In this document: one piece after another, positions 20,497-31,425 of the stretch | Layout: the number at the start of each line of letters is the position of its first letter | How positions within the stretch are numbered: the first letter of the stretch is position 1 | Source of the DNA: a virus | Virus record (IMG/VR): IMGVR_UViG_3300002053_001113 | Span: 18,650-82,649 of that record | Reading direction: 5' to 3' (one strand) | Length of the DNA: 64,000 nt | The notes under the pieces: model-generated | Databases searched by the model: none | Told to the model about the DNA's origin: nothing | Seen by the model: only the letters and a program-made list of their open reading frames with translations | Made by a program: the position numbers and the translations under genes

Positions 20497-20742
20497 ATGG
20501 ACGAGGATGAAACAACCTTAAGAATGAATTTAGTTGAGATGGTTAATGACCTAAAAGGAAAAAGAATATTAAAAGAAACACTGGTTGGGTTTTTACATCA
20601 TTATGGTTTGGTGGAATACATACCTGAGGAAGATAAAAAACCAATAGGAATTAAATTTAACAACCAATATTATGCCAGGAGTGAACAAGGTGAGTATGTT
20701 AAGGTTAATTATATATTAGGTTTGGAGGAGGGTGAAAAATGA
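20497..20742 (+). CDS. Hypothetical protein
   Basis: GGAGG RBS. Confidence 0.5.
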   Translation: MDEDETTLRMNLVEMVNDLKGKRILKETLVGFLHHYGLVEYIPEEDKKPIGIKFNNQYYARSEQGEYVKVNYILGLEEGEK

Positions 20743-21398
20743 ATGTAAACGAGATATTTGAGAGCATACAAGGTGAAGGACCATTTACAGGCAAGCCTGC
20801 TGTGTTTGTGAGGCTGTGGGGTTGTATCAAACCATATTGTAGTTTCTGTGATACAAAATATGCTTGGAGCAACAAAAAGAAAGAAGCAAAAGGTATGGAC
20901 GTTAGTGATATCATAAAAAAGGTTGAGAAATATAAATCAAAATTTGTTGTAATAACAGGAGGAGAACCTTTTGCACAGGAAAAGGTTTATTATTTAATTA
21001 ACAGGCTATTAGGTGATGGATATAAAGTTCAAGTTGAAACAAGTGGAAAGGCAGAGATACTTAAAAATAGATTTGATGATTTTATGAGTGATAATTTAAG
21101 TATTATAATGTCACCAAAACAATACAATGGAAGATTTAAGGTATTTGACAATAAAACACTTGATGTAGCTGACGTTTATAAGTTTGTTGTTGAAAATAAA
21201 GAAGAGTTGAATAATGTAATTGAATTTGTAAGGTGGAATAATATTGAGAAAAAACGTGTATTCCTAATGCCTAAAGGTGCTACACGTAAGGAGCAGTTAA
21301 AGATTAGCCAACAAGTGATTAAGTGGTGTATTGATAATGGTTTTAATTTTTCAACAAGATTACATATATTAATTTGGGATAGAAAAAGAAAGGTGTGA
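20739..21398 (+). CDS. queE: 7-carboxy-7-deazaguanine synthase (radical SAM)
   Basis: EIFESIQGEG...FVRLWGC-x4-CSFCDT, TGGEP, ETSG, SPK, RLHILIW. Confidence 0.9.
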   Translation: MNVNEIFESIQGEGPFTGKPAVFVRLWGCIKPYCSFCDTKYAWSNKKKEAKGMDVSDIIKKVEKYKSKFVVITGGEPFAQEKVYYLINRLLGDGYKVQVETSGKAEILKNRFDDFMSDNLSIIMSPKQYNGRFKVFDNKTLDVADVYKFVVENKEELNNVIEFVRWNNIEKKRVFLMPKGATRKEQLKISQQVIKWCIDNGFNFSTRLHILIWDRKRKV

Positions 21399-21698
21399 AC
21401 AGGAGTAGTAATTACCCGAGATTGCTACGCTACAATAGGAGGGACTGAGGCATCTGGAGTAGCAACCTAACTGCCGAACACCTCCAACTCCTTCACAAAA
21501 CCTAAACAAAAAGGAAGTGGCTGAAATTAAGGCACGTGGATTAATCTCCTCTCTATAAGTCTGGGGTAAACGGTCTGGCAAGTCCTTTTATGAAAAAGGT
21601 GGAAATTCCAGTGGCAGGTGGAAGACCTTCCTTCCTTTATAACTCTCTGTTTTCATGGTGAATAGGTGTTCTGGGACCTCGTCTCCCAGCCCTCACCC
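21391..21698. ncRNA. Candidate ~300-nt multi-domain structured RNA (unclassified)
   Basis: GC-elevated intergenic region with several complementary stems (see findings). Confidence 0.5.
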
Positions 21699-22795
21699 TA
21701 ATTTCTAAATTTTAATTTTAACACCAATGAGAACAATAGAAGTTTTTGGCTACTATGCCAGCTATTACTACCACAGCCACGATTAAGGCAGTAACGAAGA
21801 TTAGAGTAATCACCATACGTATCTTGTGTTTTGTTTTTCTATTCATTTATTGTGTGTTTTATACCTGTTCAATCATATAAATGTTTTCAGGTTGCATTAA
21901 GGCTAATTGTCTTTGTTCTTTTTTTGCTTCTTCAAAGCTGTTATATATAGTATCTTCTTTCTCATCTACATCAACTGGTATGTAGGCTACTATTTTATAT
22001 TTTCCACTATTTGGATATTTAACTCTTGCTGCCATTTTTTCCACCCCTCATTATTCTATATAATATTAAAAAGATAAAGATTATAATCATTATTGTAAAT
22101 CCAAATATCACTTGCTCATTACTTATTTGGAGTGCCATTTATTCATCCTCATAATCTGGGAAAAATACTTTTTGAACTTCTTTTCCATCTTTAAATGCTT
22201 GTATTAATGTTTGACTATTCTCTTCATCTAACTCAAAAGTTACTCCTTCTCCTCTTGCTACATCAAACATTATTTCAACTCTTTGTTTCTTTCTCATTTT
22301 GTTCCACTCCGTTTCTTTTCTTTGATTTATACCACTGCCACTCAAATGTGATAAGTGCTATAATAAGTAATGCTATTGCTAACCAATTTATAGCAGTAAT
22401 AAGACAGGTGTAGATGGCTAATAACACAAACATCATCATCATTACACTTTCCACAACATCAAAAGGAAATGTTGTTCCATATTTAATCTGTTTTCTTCCC
22501 ATCTCTATCTCCCCATAAGTCACCAACTATAATATTACAATTATGCTTTTCTTTTAATACTTTTCTATGTTTTGCCACCAATGATTCACTTGTTGTGACA
22601 AACCTTTTTTGTTGTTCATTTGAAATTAAATATTGAAAAAAGTCGTATAATGATATAATATCTCTTTCAGTAAGTTTTTCTATTTCCATAAACTCCAAAT
22701 CAGCCTCCTCCTGTAATTCTTTGTCACTCATTTTACCTAACATATCAAATATGTCTTTTGGTGTTGGTTTCTTTTTGTCACTTGTTATTCTCATT

Positions 22796-23302
22796 TTAAC
22801 ACTTGCCCTCATCTGGCTTTAAGCCAATTTTCCTATCTACTTTTAATGCTATTTTCCTTGTCAAAGCAAACAGCTTATAAAAGTCTTCTATTGTCCATTT
22901 TGTATCTGTGAATCCGTGACCCATTTTCAATCCTATACTTTGTAGTTTCCTCACATCTCTTCTTATTGCATCCCATTCTTTTCCTTTAGGAACCTCTATA
23001 TCATATAAATGGTCACTTGCTGCATTCATCATCATCTCAATTTCCTTTGCTAAATATTTCTCATAGTCACCATCATATACTTTATCTGCTATCTCCACAA
23101 ACATCTTTAAGTATTGCATATAAGGAAACCCATAGTTTAAGGTATCTGGCGGACTTCCACTTATCATCAACTTTCTATTCTTAGGTGTTTCGTCCATCCA
23201 CTTTTTGTATATCCTCATTTTACTTGCGTTAAAATGTTCAATATGTTCTGCAAACTTTACCAAACATATTACTAATCCTTTTCCATATTCTGATTTAGCC
23301 AT
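22796..23302 (-). CDS. Hypothetical protein
   Basis: 168-aa ORF with GGAGG RBS in a minus-strand operon. Confidence 0.55.
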   Translation of the reverse strand: MAKSEYGKGLVICLVKFAEHIEHFNASKMRIYKKWMDETPKNRKLMISGSPPDTLNYGFPYMQYLKMFVEIADKVYDGDYEKYLAKEIEMMMNAASDHLYDIEVPKGKEWDAIRRDVRKLQSIGLKMGHGFTDTKWTIEDFYKLFALTRKIALKVDRKIGLKPDEGKC

Positions 23303-23472
23303 CTTTCTTCCTCCTCCTAAAATTTATAATCACAAGTATAATTATAATAATGAAGGAGACAAGCAAGTAAATCTCCTCTACTAAATCACCAAACCACCCT
23401 GCTATTACATTATGAAATAAAGCCAATAGGCAGAGGACTATAATAATGAAAGTTAAAATTGGAAATCGTTCA

Positions 23473-23730
23473 TCACTCATTTTTTCTCTCCTTATATCTC
23501 TTTACATTAATGTTGTGGCAATGACGGCAAATTGATTTACTATAATTAGCCTTACGTTTAAGGCATTGATTACAATAACCAAGCCTCTTTGCCTTCTCTC
23601 TTCTCTTTGCCATATATTTTTTGTTATACTCCTGCCACTTCTTTTTGTTCTTTTCTATATATTTCTTACGTGTTTTAGCATACTTTCCACTCTCAACATA
23701 TTTTCTCATATATTTATTTTTAATCACCAT
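23473..23730 (-). CDS. Basic Zn-finger protein
   Basis: CNQC...CRHC; Lys/Arg-rich. Confidence 0.55.
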   Translation of the reverse strand: MVIKNKYMRKYVESGKYAKTRKKYIEKNKKKWQEYNKKYMAKRREKAKRLGYCNQCLKRKANYSKSICRHCHNINVKRYKERKNE

Positions 23731-24061
23731 CTTTTATTATCCTCTATCATTCTTTTACTAATGGCTATTACATAACCAATCCAAATTAAAATAAACTCCA
23801 ACAAGCAAAGGAAAATATAATCCCAAAAGGTTCGTTCACCATATAACACAACATCAAAGTAAGCCATAACAGGTATCAAAAATAAAAAGACAGCTAAAAT
23901 AAGTGGTAAATGTAATCTTATTTCTACTATGTCTTTAACCATATAACTTCCAATCTTATTTAATACTTTTGATAACTTACTTTCTCTTTTCATCCTCATT
24001 TCACCTGTTTTTTTGTTAAAACTATACTTTTTCATCATATTTATCAAAATCCGTCTCATTT

Positions 24062-24230
24062 AAACACTTGATTTCCACACGTTCTTGCGGTAGTTAATAG
24101 TTTAACACCCGCGGATTTATCCACCACTTAAACCTAATTTATCTACTTAGATAGTTTAGGTTTAACGTGTGATTGTTGTTTAACGTGTATTGTGTAATAA
24201 AAGTGGTGAAAACGTGGAATTTCAGTGTTT
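24062..24230. ncRNA. Candidate structured RNA or nested inverted repeat
   Basis: AAACACT/AGTGTTT, TTCCAC/GTGGAA, CACCACTT/AAGTGGTG, TTAAACCTAA/TTAGGTTTAA. Confidence 0.45.
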
Positions 24231-24900
24231 GTGTGTGTTTAACCACCCTGTTTATATTAAATAACACCCCACACCATGATTTATACAATTAATCATAACA
24301 TATATACCCACAATTATCATTAAAATTAGGATAGTGATTGTAAATATCCACACCCACACATTTTTATTCATATTTAATCATCTTTATCAAGCAACATAAC
24401 AACAATAAACTCTTCCACATTATTACTTTCCATTTGTGTGCTTTCAGTAGCTATAAAGGTTTCTGCCTCTGCTTTTGTGTCAAAAATATCTTTTTCATAG
24501 CCACAATACTCCCCATCAGTGTTTAAGGCTATTACTTGATATTTCATTTTCTTACACCAGGAAAAGTTTTTACTAAATCACTATAATTTTTCATAATTTC
24601 AATTATTGTGTCTCTCTCTAATCCAGAGATTTGACTAACTGTCTTTACATCAAACATATTAGTCACTCCACTCTCTCTCACCTTTTCATATGCTTCAAAA
24701 TCTTCTTTTGATATCTCCATGTTACTCCACCTCAGTATTTTATAATCTTACCACAATTGCAACAAATAACTACCCCACCACTGGTTACTGCAATCTCTCT
24801 TCCTTCTTCACTGCATTTACATACGTCTTCTTCCAAAATAATCCACCCACCTATTTATGGTTAAAATAAAAAAATTCAAAAAAAAATTTACTGAAACAAT

Positions 24901-25305
24901 TTATATGGTGTTTTGAACATAATAAATGACATTACGTCCTGAAGTTCTTTTATGGACACCTTTATGGCTTGCCTTTATTTTTGACAATACATAATGGGAT
25001 TGGCGCCCATCCAAGCCATATGCCTTATTCAAAACATCTGATGACATCTCTGCACCTTTTAGCATCTTATCATAGACCTCTATCATAATCTGCTTCAGTC
25101 GTCCTCGCTTGCCAGTATTTCGCCTTTTACTTGGTCTTCCTCTGCTATTTAAACTGACATAGGGGTCAAGTTCCTTAGCAAGTGCAGCTAACTCAACTAT
25201 GACAGCCTTTAGACGTTTAGCATAATCCACATAACGTCCTCTTTGGTTGTCATATCTGTTTGCCTTCTCTGACAGTTCTGTCAGTTGTTCTATCAGTGTT
25301 TTCAT
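24901..25305 (-). CDS. Coiled-coil plus putative winged-helix DNA-binding protein
   Basis: Helical N-terminus, basic linker, wHTH-like C-terminus; GGAGG RBS. Confidence 0.45.
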   Translation of the reverse strand: MKTLIEQLTELSEKANRYDNQRGRYVDYAKRLKAVIVELAALAKELDPYVSLNSRGRPSKRRNTGKRGRLKQIMIEVYDKMLKGAEMSSDVLNKAYGLDGRQSHYVLSKIKASHKGVHKRTSGRNVIYYVQNTI

Positions 25306-26540
25306 ATATATTCCTCCTTCACCTTTTAAGTGAATATAAAATAAAAAAAGTCTGGATTAAGTTAGGAGAGACAATGGTGAAGAGGTGAAGAAACTCCACC
25401 CATTCCGCCTCTGCCTTCTCGTTCTAAAATCCAAACTTTTTTTATATGATAAGGCCATACTCTTTCAGTTTGGCCTCGGTGTCTATATTTTTTCCAGGCA
25501 ACATTTTCTTTAATCCGTTCTCTACGATGTTGCCAAATCCTAAATGTTTTTCTACGTCGTCCATTTTAATGACCTCCTGTTATTACATTATTTTTTAAGT
25601 TGAATAAGTATATAAATTTTTTGATTATACGTTATTCTCATCAGTTAATTCTGCAATCCATTCATCAATTAAATCTCTTGCACTTTCTAAATCTTCAATT
25701 TCTGGAGATGTGCCAAACACATCTTCAAGCCATTTTCTATCAAGTTTTTCCATTATTCTCCTCCCTCCACTTCTATGTCATAAACATAATTATCTTCATC
25801 TTGTGGCAAACCTTTTATATAGTTCTCTGCCTCTTCTTTTGTTTTAAAACCTGTTTTCAGTTTTTCAATTTTAATCACACTAAATCTCCGCCTCTTTTCC
25901 AAAACATCAACTAATATGTTTGCCACGGTGTTATTACTCTTGCCTTCCAACAAATCAACTATTCTTTCAGCTATTGTCTTCATTTTCCACCTTTACAATA
26001 TCATACTCACCAATTCTTTTGTATGTATCTTTCTTTGTTTTTATGTAAAATTCTTCACCTGTTTTATATTCCACACACACCACAGTGCTTGAAGGTGGAA
26101 TAATATATGCCTTGTCTTCTTTAATCAACTTGTCTATTGTTTTCTGGTTTAATATCTCCTTTACTTTCATTTTTCAATTACCCCCGTCACATATTTAAAA
26201 CTTTCAATTACATCATCTGGTGCATTTGTTTTAATTAACCAATCATAAACAACACCGTATTCGTCATCAAAATCTACACTCATTTTCTTTCCTCCATTAG
26301 TTTCCTTGCCTTTGCTAAGGCTTGTTTTTTAGTATTAAAAGCAAAATACTCACCTTTATCTTTTCCATCAGTTCTGCCTATCCAAACCCTATATTCTCCA
26401 TAATTTAACTTATATTCCTCGTCCTCCTCATAAACCAAAATTGTTTTTGGTATCTTATTTGATAGCGTAAAATATTCAACTGCAATCCAACTTTTGTCCT
26501 TTGGTTGTTCAACAACCTTTCCCCAATCTGTTAGTGCCAT

Positions 26541-27188
26541 TTAAATCATCTGTGGTAATGTATAATCTAAAGTTATAAAATTCTTTAATTCATAACCTTT
26601 ATAAGCTTGAACAATAGTATTGCAAACAAGACTGGCAACACCCAAAACGGTGAAAATAATTGCTCTCTCTGTGCAACGTTCCTGCACTGCCTCTTCATCT
26701 GTAAATAATGTCTCCTCATACAACGCTACTCTTTTTTTGCTTGTCATATCAACATTATAAACCTGTCCTTGTAGTCCTGCCATACGTGTATCAATAAACA
26801 ATTGAACCTTATCTCTCTTACAAGCATCAAATACAACTTTTCTTGCCTTCATTTTATCTACACAACAAATCACTATTTGACTGTCAAGTTTTTGTCCTTT
26901 GTATTCACCAAATGTTTCTACCTCTACCTCTTCATTAAACTCCTGCATCCAATCTCTGGTAGCTTTTGCTTTACGCAAACCAATATCACTTTCCGTAAAA
27001 AATTGATTTGGTAAGTTGTGTTCTTCAACTTTATCAAAATCATAAAGAGCAAATTTTTGCAAACCCATTTTTGCCAAACTTACTGCAACATAACTACCAA
27101 CTGCTCCACAACCAATAATAGCTATCTTGTTTTCTTGATAGTCATTTACATTTATAATTCCAATTTGTCTATCATATCTTTTTGCCAT
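26541..27188 (-). CDS. E1-like ThiF/MoeB adenylyltransferase
   Basis: RYDRQ, IIGCGAVGS, DFDKVEEHNLPNQ, CVD, DTR and a C-terminal Cys (RCTERAII). Confidence 0.9.
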   Translation of the reverse strand: MAKRYDRQIGIINVNDYQENKIAIIGCGAVGSYVAVSLAKMGLQKFALYDFDKVEEHNLPNQFFTESDIGLRKAKATRDWMQEFNEEVEVETFGEYKGQKLDSQIVICCVDKMKARKVVFDACKRDKVQLFIDTRMAGLQGQVYNVDMTSKKRVALYEETLFTDEEAVQERCTERAIIFTVLGVASLVCNTIVQAYKGYELKNFITLDYTLPQMI

Positions 27189-27189
27189 A

Positions 27190-27816
27190 TTAAACACCAA
27201 AAAACGGCAGTCCTTTTCTTTTTGTAGTTTCAACAACTATAAAACCTGTTCCACCACAACAACCACATTCCTGCCAGTCTCTATCATCCTCTTCAACCTT
27301 TTCCTCTATCTCCTCATATATTTTTCCAACATCAACCTCTTTACTAAAATCTATTGGAACATCTAAAAATGGTTCAATGTCATCAACACTCACATAATTT
27401 CCATTTTTAAGTTTTGAATCTAATCTACACTTATAACTCATTCCCCCCTTTCTTATGTTGCCTTTAAATGCTACAACAATACCAAAACACATATCACTCA
27501 AATTGCATAAACGTTGAAAACATTTATCATCATCTTTACTCCAAAATGTATTCATAGTATTATGAGAATGCCACCAGCCTATTACACTACTCAACATCTT
27601 ACAACTGGCATTCTTTGTAAAGTCCATCATAGCTTTCTCACTAATCTCAAAATGTGAAGTTGTTTTTCTCTGTCCTAAAAGTATTGCCTTATTAACAACT
27701 AAATCGCCATTCTTCTTTATTTTACCTAATAACAAACCACCTATCTCTCCATCTTTTACATTACGAGAGTAAGCTTCCATATATCTATATGCCTTCTCCT
27801 TTATAATCACTGTCAT
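27190..27816 (-). CDS. JAB/JAMM (MPN+) metallopeptidase
   Basis: EIGGLLLG ... GWWHSH-x7-S-x2-D. Confidence 0.9.
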   Translation of the reverse strand: MTVIIKEKAYRYMEAYSRNVKDGEIGGLLLGKIKKNGDLVVNKAILLGQRKTTSHFEISEKAMMDFTKNASCKMLSSVIGWWHSHNTMNTFWSKDDDKCFQRLCNLSDMCFGIVVAFKGNIRKGGMSYKCRLDSKLKNGNYVSVDDIEPFLDVPIDFSKEVDVGKIYEEIEEKVEEDDRDWQECGCCGGTGFIVVETTKRKGLPFFGV

Positions 27817-28454
27817 TTTTTCACCTTTATGTATGGTTTTAAAATTTTAATTGCATCCTTTTTAATTTTACCACTAAATTCAACTAATTCTCCTCGTCTA
27901 TTATATTTCTTATGAAGTTTTTCTAACTTTGGAATTAGTTTGTTATTCCTAATTTCAGTTGCCCATTTTGCTTGCAACCTAATCATATCATAATAAAAAG
28001 CTTCAGTTTCACCTCTCTCGGGGTCTCCATCTTCTAACAAATCTAATATTGTTCTCGCCAGCCAATACCAGTCTAAATTATGTTTCATAATATAAACATC
28101 ATCTTCAGCACTACCCCAACAAATCTTATTTCCCCAGTGGTCTTTAATGTGATAGTGATGCACTCCTTCCCCGCCTCCAACACCTCCATTTACTCTTTTT
28201 AAATAAACTCTCAAAACCTCTTCACCTACTCGTTGTGATATTCTAATTTTAAAACAGCCAATAGAACAAAGAAAAACTCCTTTATATTTTCGTCCTTTAG
28301 GAACAGGATTAATAGGATTTGTGATTATAGTAATGCCACGTGATGTCTGCTTAACAGAATTTATTCTTCCATCTTCTTTTAACATTTTTGCTGCTTGTGC
28401 CTTATTATACATTACCTCATACATTCTCCGTTTCTTATAAAAGTGCATAGCCAT
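27813..28454 (-). CDS. Putative prokaryotic E2-like conjugating enzyme
   Basis: HHYHI-x6-KICWG resembles the E2 HPN...ICL catalytic motif; lies between Ubl and JAB. Confidence 0.6.
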   Translation of the reverse strand: MAMHFYKKRRMYEVMYNKAQAAKMLKEDGRINSVKQTSRGITIITNPINPVPKGRKYKGVFLCSIGCFKIRISQRVGEEVLRVYLKRVNGGVGGGEGVHHYHIKDHWGNKICWGSAEDDVYIMKHNLDWYWLARTILDLLEDGDPERGETEAFYYDMIRLQAKWATEIRNNKLIPKLEKLHKKYNRRGELVEFSGKIKKDAIKILKPYIKVKK

Positions 28455-28483
28455 TTTAAAAATAAAAAAAAAGGTAACTGGAA

Positions 28484-28774
28484 TTACCAGCTACCTCTTA
28501 CTTTTGTGGTTACAGCAATTTTACTGAATTTGTGCGCCTTTTCAGAAAGTGTAACCTTCTTCCAAGTTCGTCCTCTTTCAGGTATTGCCTCAACCTTAAT
28601 TTCACTGTCGTCCGTAGGTATGTCAGCTTTTTCCAAAGCACGTTTAATTGTGTCAGACTTGGTCACCTCAATAAAGATTGGGTGTGCTCCAATTCTTCTA
28701 ACCTCAACTAATTTGCCTTTAAGCCTATCTACCTCTTTGGCTTTCAGTTTTTTTAGTTCTGTCTTTGTTGGCAT
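28484..28774 (-). CDS. Ubiquitin-like beta-grasp protein
   Basis: VEVRRIG..IEV..SDTIKRALEKADI...IAVTTKVRG-SW pattern; first gene of the E2-JAB-E1 operon; GGAGG RBS. Confidence 0.7.
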   Translation of the reverse strand: MPTKTELKKLKAKEVDRLKGKLVEVRRIGAHPIFIEVTKSDTIKRALEKADIPTDDSEIKVEAIPERGRTWKKVTLSEKAHKFSKIAVTTKVRGSW

Positions 28775-29265
28775 TAATACCACCCTCCATTTTTTAATCA
28801 CGTTTTCCACACGTGATATCTCACTACATAATTATATATAGTAAGCCTGAAAAACCTCGTTATTTCTAACGTGTCTTTGTTTAATCACTATTATCATTTT
28901 GTTTTAATTTTACTATTTAGATACATAATTTCTTTCTCTAATTCAAACGCCTCTTCATTTAGCTGTTCCAATTTATCACAAACTTTTTGATATTTTCTTT
29001 GTGCTCTTTTTAGTTCTTTTTTTGTCTCGTCCATCTAAATCAGCCTCAAATAAATTAATCTCATAACCGCCATAAGCAATAAGAGGAACACTTTCAGCAA
29101 CCTTACTTTCTTCACAAAACCTCAGCGCCTCATCAAATGTGTCAAACACAATATAATAGTCTTCGCCTTTCTCATTATTAAAATGTGGGTGGCACCAGAC
29201 ACGTATTTCTGGTTTGACTAATTTGCCACCTGTTTCTTGTGTTATATCTTTAAGTGCTGGAATCT

Positions 29266-29715
29266 TTAAAAGCATTTTCTTAACCTCTCATTTAAACATT
29301 CTAAAACATAATCAGTATAAGCTTTATGTTGTGCACCGTGGCTCCAAAATTTCAGATGTGCTATCTCGTGCGCCACTGTTTCTTTAATATCATTAAACTT
29401 TCTCAATTCACCTAACATTCTTTTAAATGTTTGTTTTGTCCTTCTATCAACATAAGTGCCATCTTTAGATGGAACAAATTTTGCCTTTGTAATATTAACC
29501 ACAATCTTAAAGGTATCACTTTTCCTATTCAAAAAACACGTTCCTTTCTTTTTTAGCGTTCCATTTAAATAATACCTAAATATAATATCCTTTGGAACAG
29601 GCAGTTTTTCCCACTTAATCACATCTATAGCTACCTCTTTTAATATTTTCAACTTTTCTTTTAATTCTGATAATTCAGTCATCTTTTCTCCTCTTTGGTG
29701 TATTATATTTATCAA
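29266..29715 (-). CDS. SprT/YgjP-like Zn metalloprotease domain protein
   Basis: TVAHEIAH-x5-H motif. Confidence 0.6.
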   Translation of the reverse strand: MINIIHQRGEKMTELSELKEKLKILKEVAIDVIKWEKLPVPKDIIFRYYLNGTLKKKGTCFLNRKSDTFKIVVNITKAKFVPSKDGTYVDRRTKQTFKRMLGELRKFNDIKETVAHEIAHLKFWSHGAQHKAYTDYVLECLNERLRKCF

Positions 29716-29988
29716 TTACAATAGTATCTGGTTCTATTTCAATATATCGTTCGCCACAACCATCTTCAATAAAAAATCTACTTGTTATAATTGCTTTTCC
29801 AAGCTCCCACTCCCAAGTTTCATCATCTATAACTGAAACTTCAACTTCTCCTGGAAAATTAGCCATATCCCAAAAGTCACTAAAATCTCCACCATATAAG
29901 TGCCACTTTTCTTTACCAAAAACTTCATCAAGTTCATCAGCAAAATAATCTCTACAATCTTCATCTATATACAACTCACCTTTAGCAG

Positions 29989-30339
29989 TCATAGTATTAT
30001 CACCTTTTTCTTAAATTTTTCTGCATAACTAATAGTATTTTCACTGCCACCTGTTCTATCTTTAGCTACAAAAGCATAAAGTATATCACAAGTTTCAGCT
30101 ATTTTTTTATTCCTATCATAATAACGTTGTATCATATCACCTCTACTCTTAATATCTTTTAAATCAGGAGTATGTATAATCACAGCCATTAGTCGTTCTC
30201 TTGCTCTTTCAACAGCCCAAGTGTCAACACCTTTACACCCACCACTTACAACAATATCAGTCTTTTTTAAAGTATCAACTAATCTAATAACTTCTTCCTT
30301 GTTAGTTCTCCTTCTACTTCCTATAATACCTATTTTCAT
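29989..30339 (-). CDS. SLOG superfamily (DprA/YspA-like) protein
   Basis: IGIIGSR, VSGGCKGVD, RN..IA..CD, GS.NTI.YA. Confidence 0.8.
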   Translation of the reverse strand: MKIGIIGSRRRTNKEEVIRLVDTLKKTDIVVSGGCKGVDTWAVERARERLMAVIIHTPDLKDIKSRGDMIQRYYDRNKKIAETCDILYAFVAKDRTGGSENTISYAEKFKKKVIIL

Positions 30340-31425
30340 TTTTTATCTTCCAAACCTCTCTTAATTCAGCAAATATACTCTTTGCTCTGTGTTCTAATAG
30401 AACACCTTTAGCAGTCATTTTCCTCCTCCTCTGTCCATATATCTGTAATCTTAATAATGTTCTCCTCTTCAGTTTCCTCCTCCTCTAAATTACGCCAATA
30501 ATGAGCTCTTTCCTCAGCCTCATTTTTATTTTTAGCTTTAACTTTAGCAGTCATAATCCGTTCAACAATTATTCCAACATTATAATATTTCTCTTCATTT
30601 GTCATCTTTCCAAACCTCTCTTAATTCAGCAAAGTGACTTTTAGCCTTATGGTCTATTAAATATCTAACATCATCAAATAACTCTTCTTTAAAAACCTCA
30701 AATTGTTCATTTGTCATTTTCTTTCTAAACAACTTTTCAAAATATTCTTTATTAAAAGCCTCAAAAAACCTTTTTTTTCTCATCTCCTCTAATTCTTGTT
30801 TTTTCATTCTTAACAACTCCTTTACTCTACTTACAGGACCACGTTCATCTGTTATCAATTTATTCTCAATAAATTGATAGGCATCAGTTAAACGTTTCGT
30901 TCTTGTATAAGCTTTATAAGGAAACAATTTTGATAACACATAGAATAGGCCATCCTCTTCCTTCTTATAAATATCATATCCTTTGTATTTAAAATGCCTT
31001 TTAATTGTCTTCATCTTGAACTTCCATTTCTCTTAAAACATTATCTAATGAATCTTGTATGCTTTCAACATCAAGCTCAACAAATTCCTCGGTTTCATCA
31101 CCACAAAAATATAAAGGTATAATTATCTGTTCATCTCTATCTATTATGTCTTGCATTCTAACTTTCATTTTCAAATTCACCTCCATTCCAATCATAATAG
31201 AATTTTTTATCTTTTGCTATCTCTGTCATACGTTTATAGATTAAATCAAATTCCTTATCACCAAAATTTATTTGGTGCTGACAACCATTTTCATCATCAA
31301 AAACAAGAATAAAAACATTACCGAAAATACCAACACTTCTATCCTCGTGCTCAATGTCTATGCCTAAATAATTCTCTACATTAATGTCCTTAATTTCTTT
31401 TTCCATTTCCTTCACCTTAGAAACA

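Noticed and set aside
21445-21470. AGG-N10-AGCAA resembling SRP RNA helix 8
   Set aside because: The intervening 10 nt do not form the 3-bp stem with GNRA loop, and other SRP features are not evident
26541-28774. ThiF plus beta-grasp protein as thiamine/molybdopterin sulfur transfer
   Set aside because: No ThiG, MoaE, rhodanese or desulfurase nearby; the E2-like and JAB genes point to conjugation
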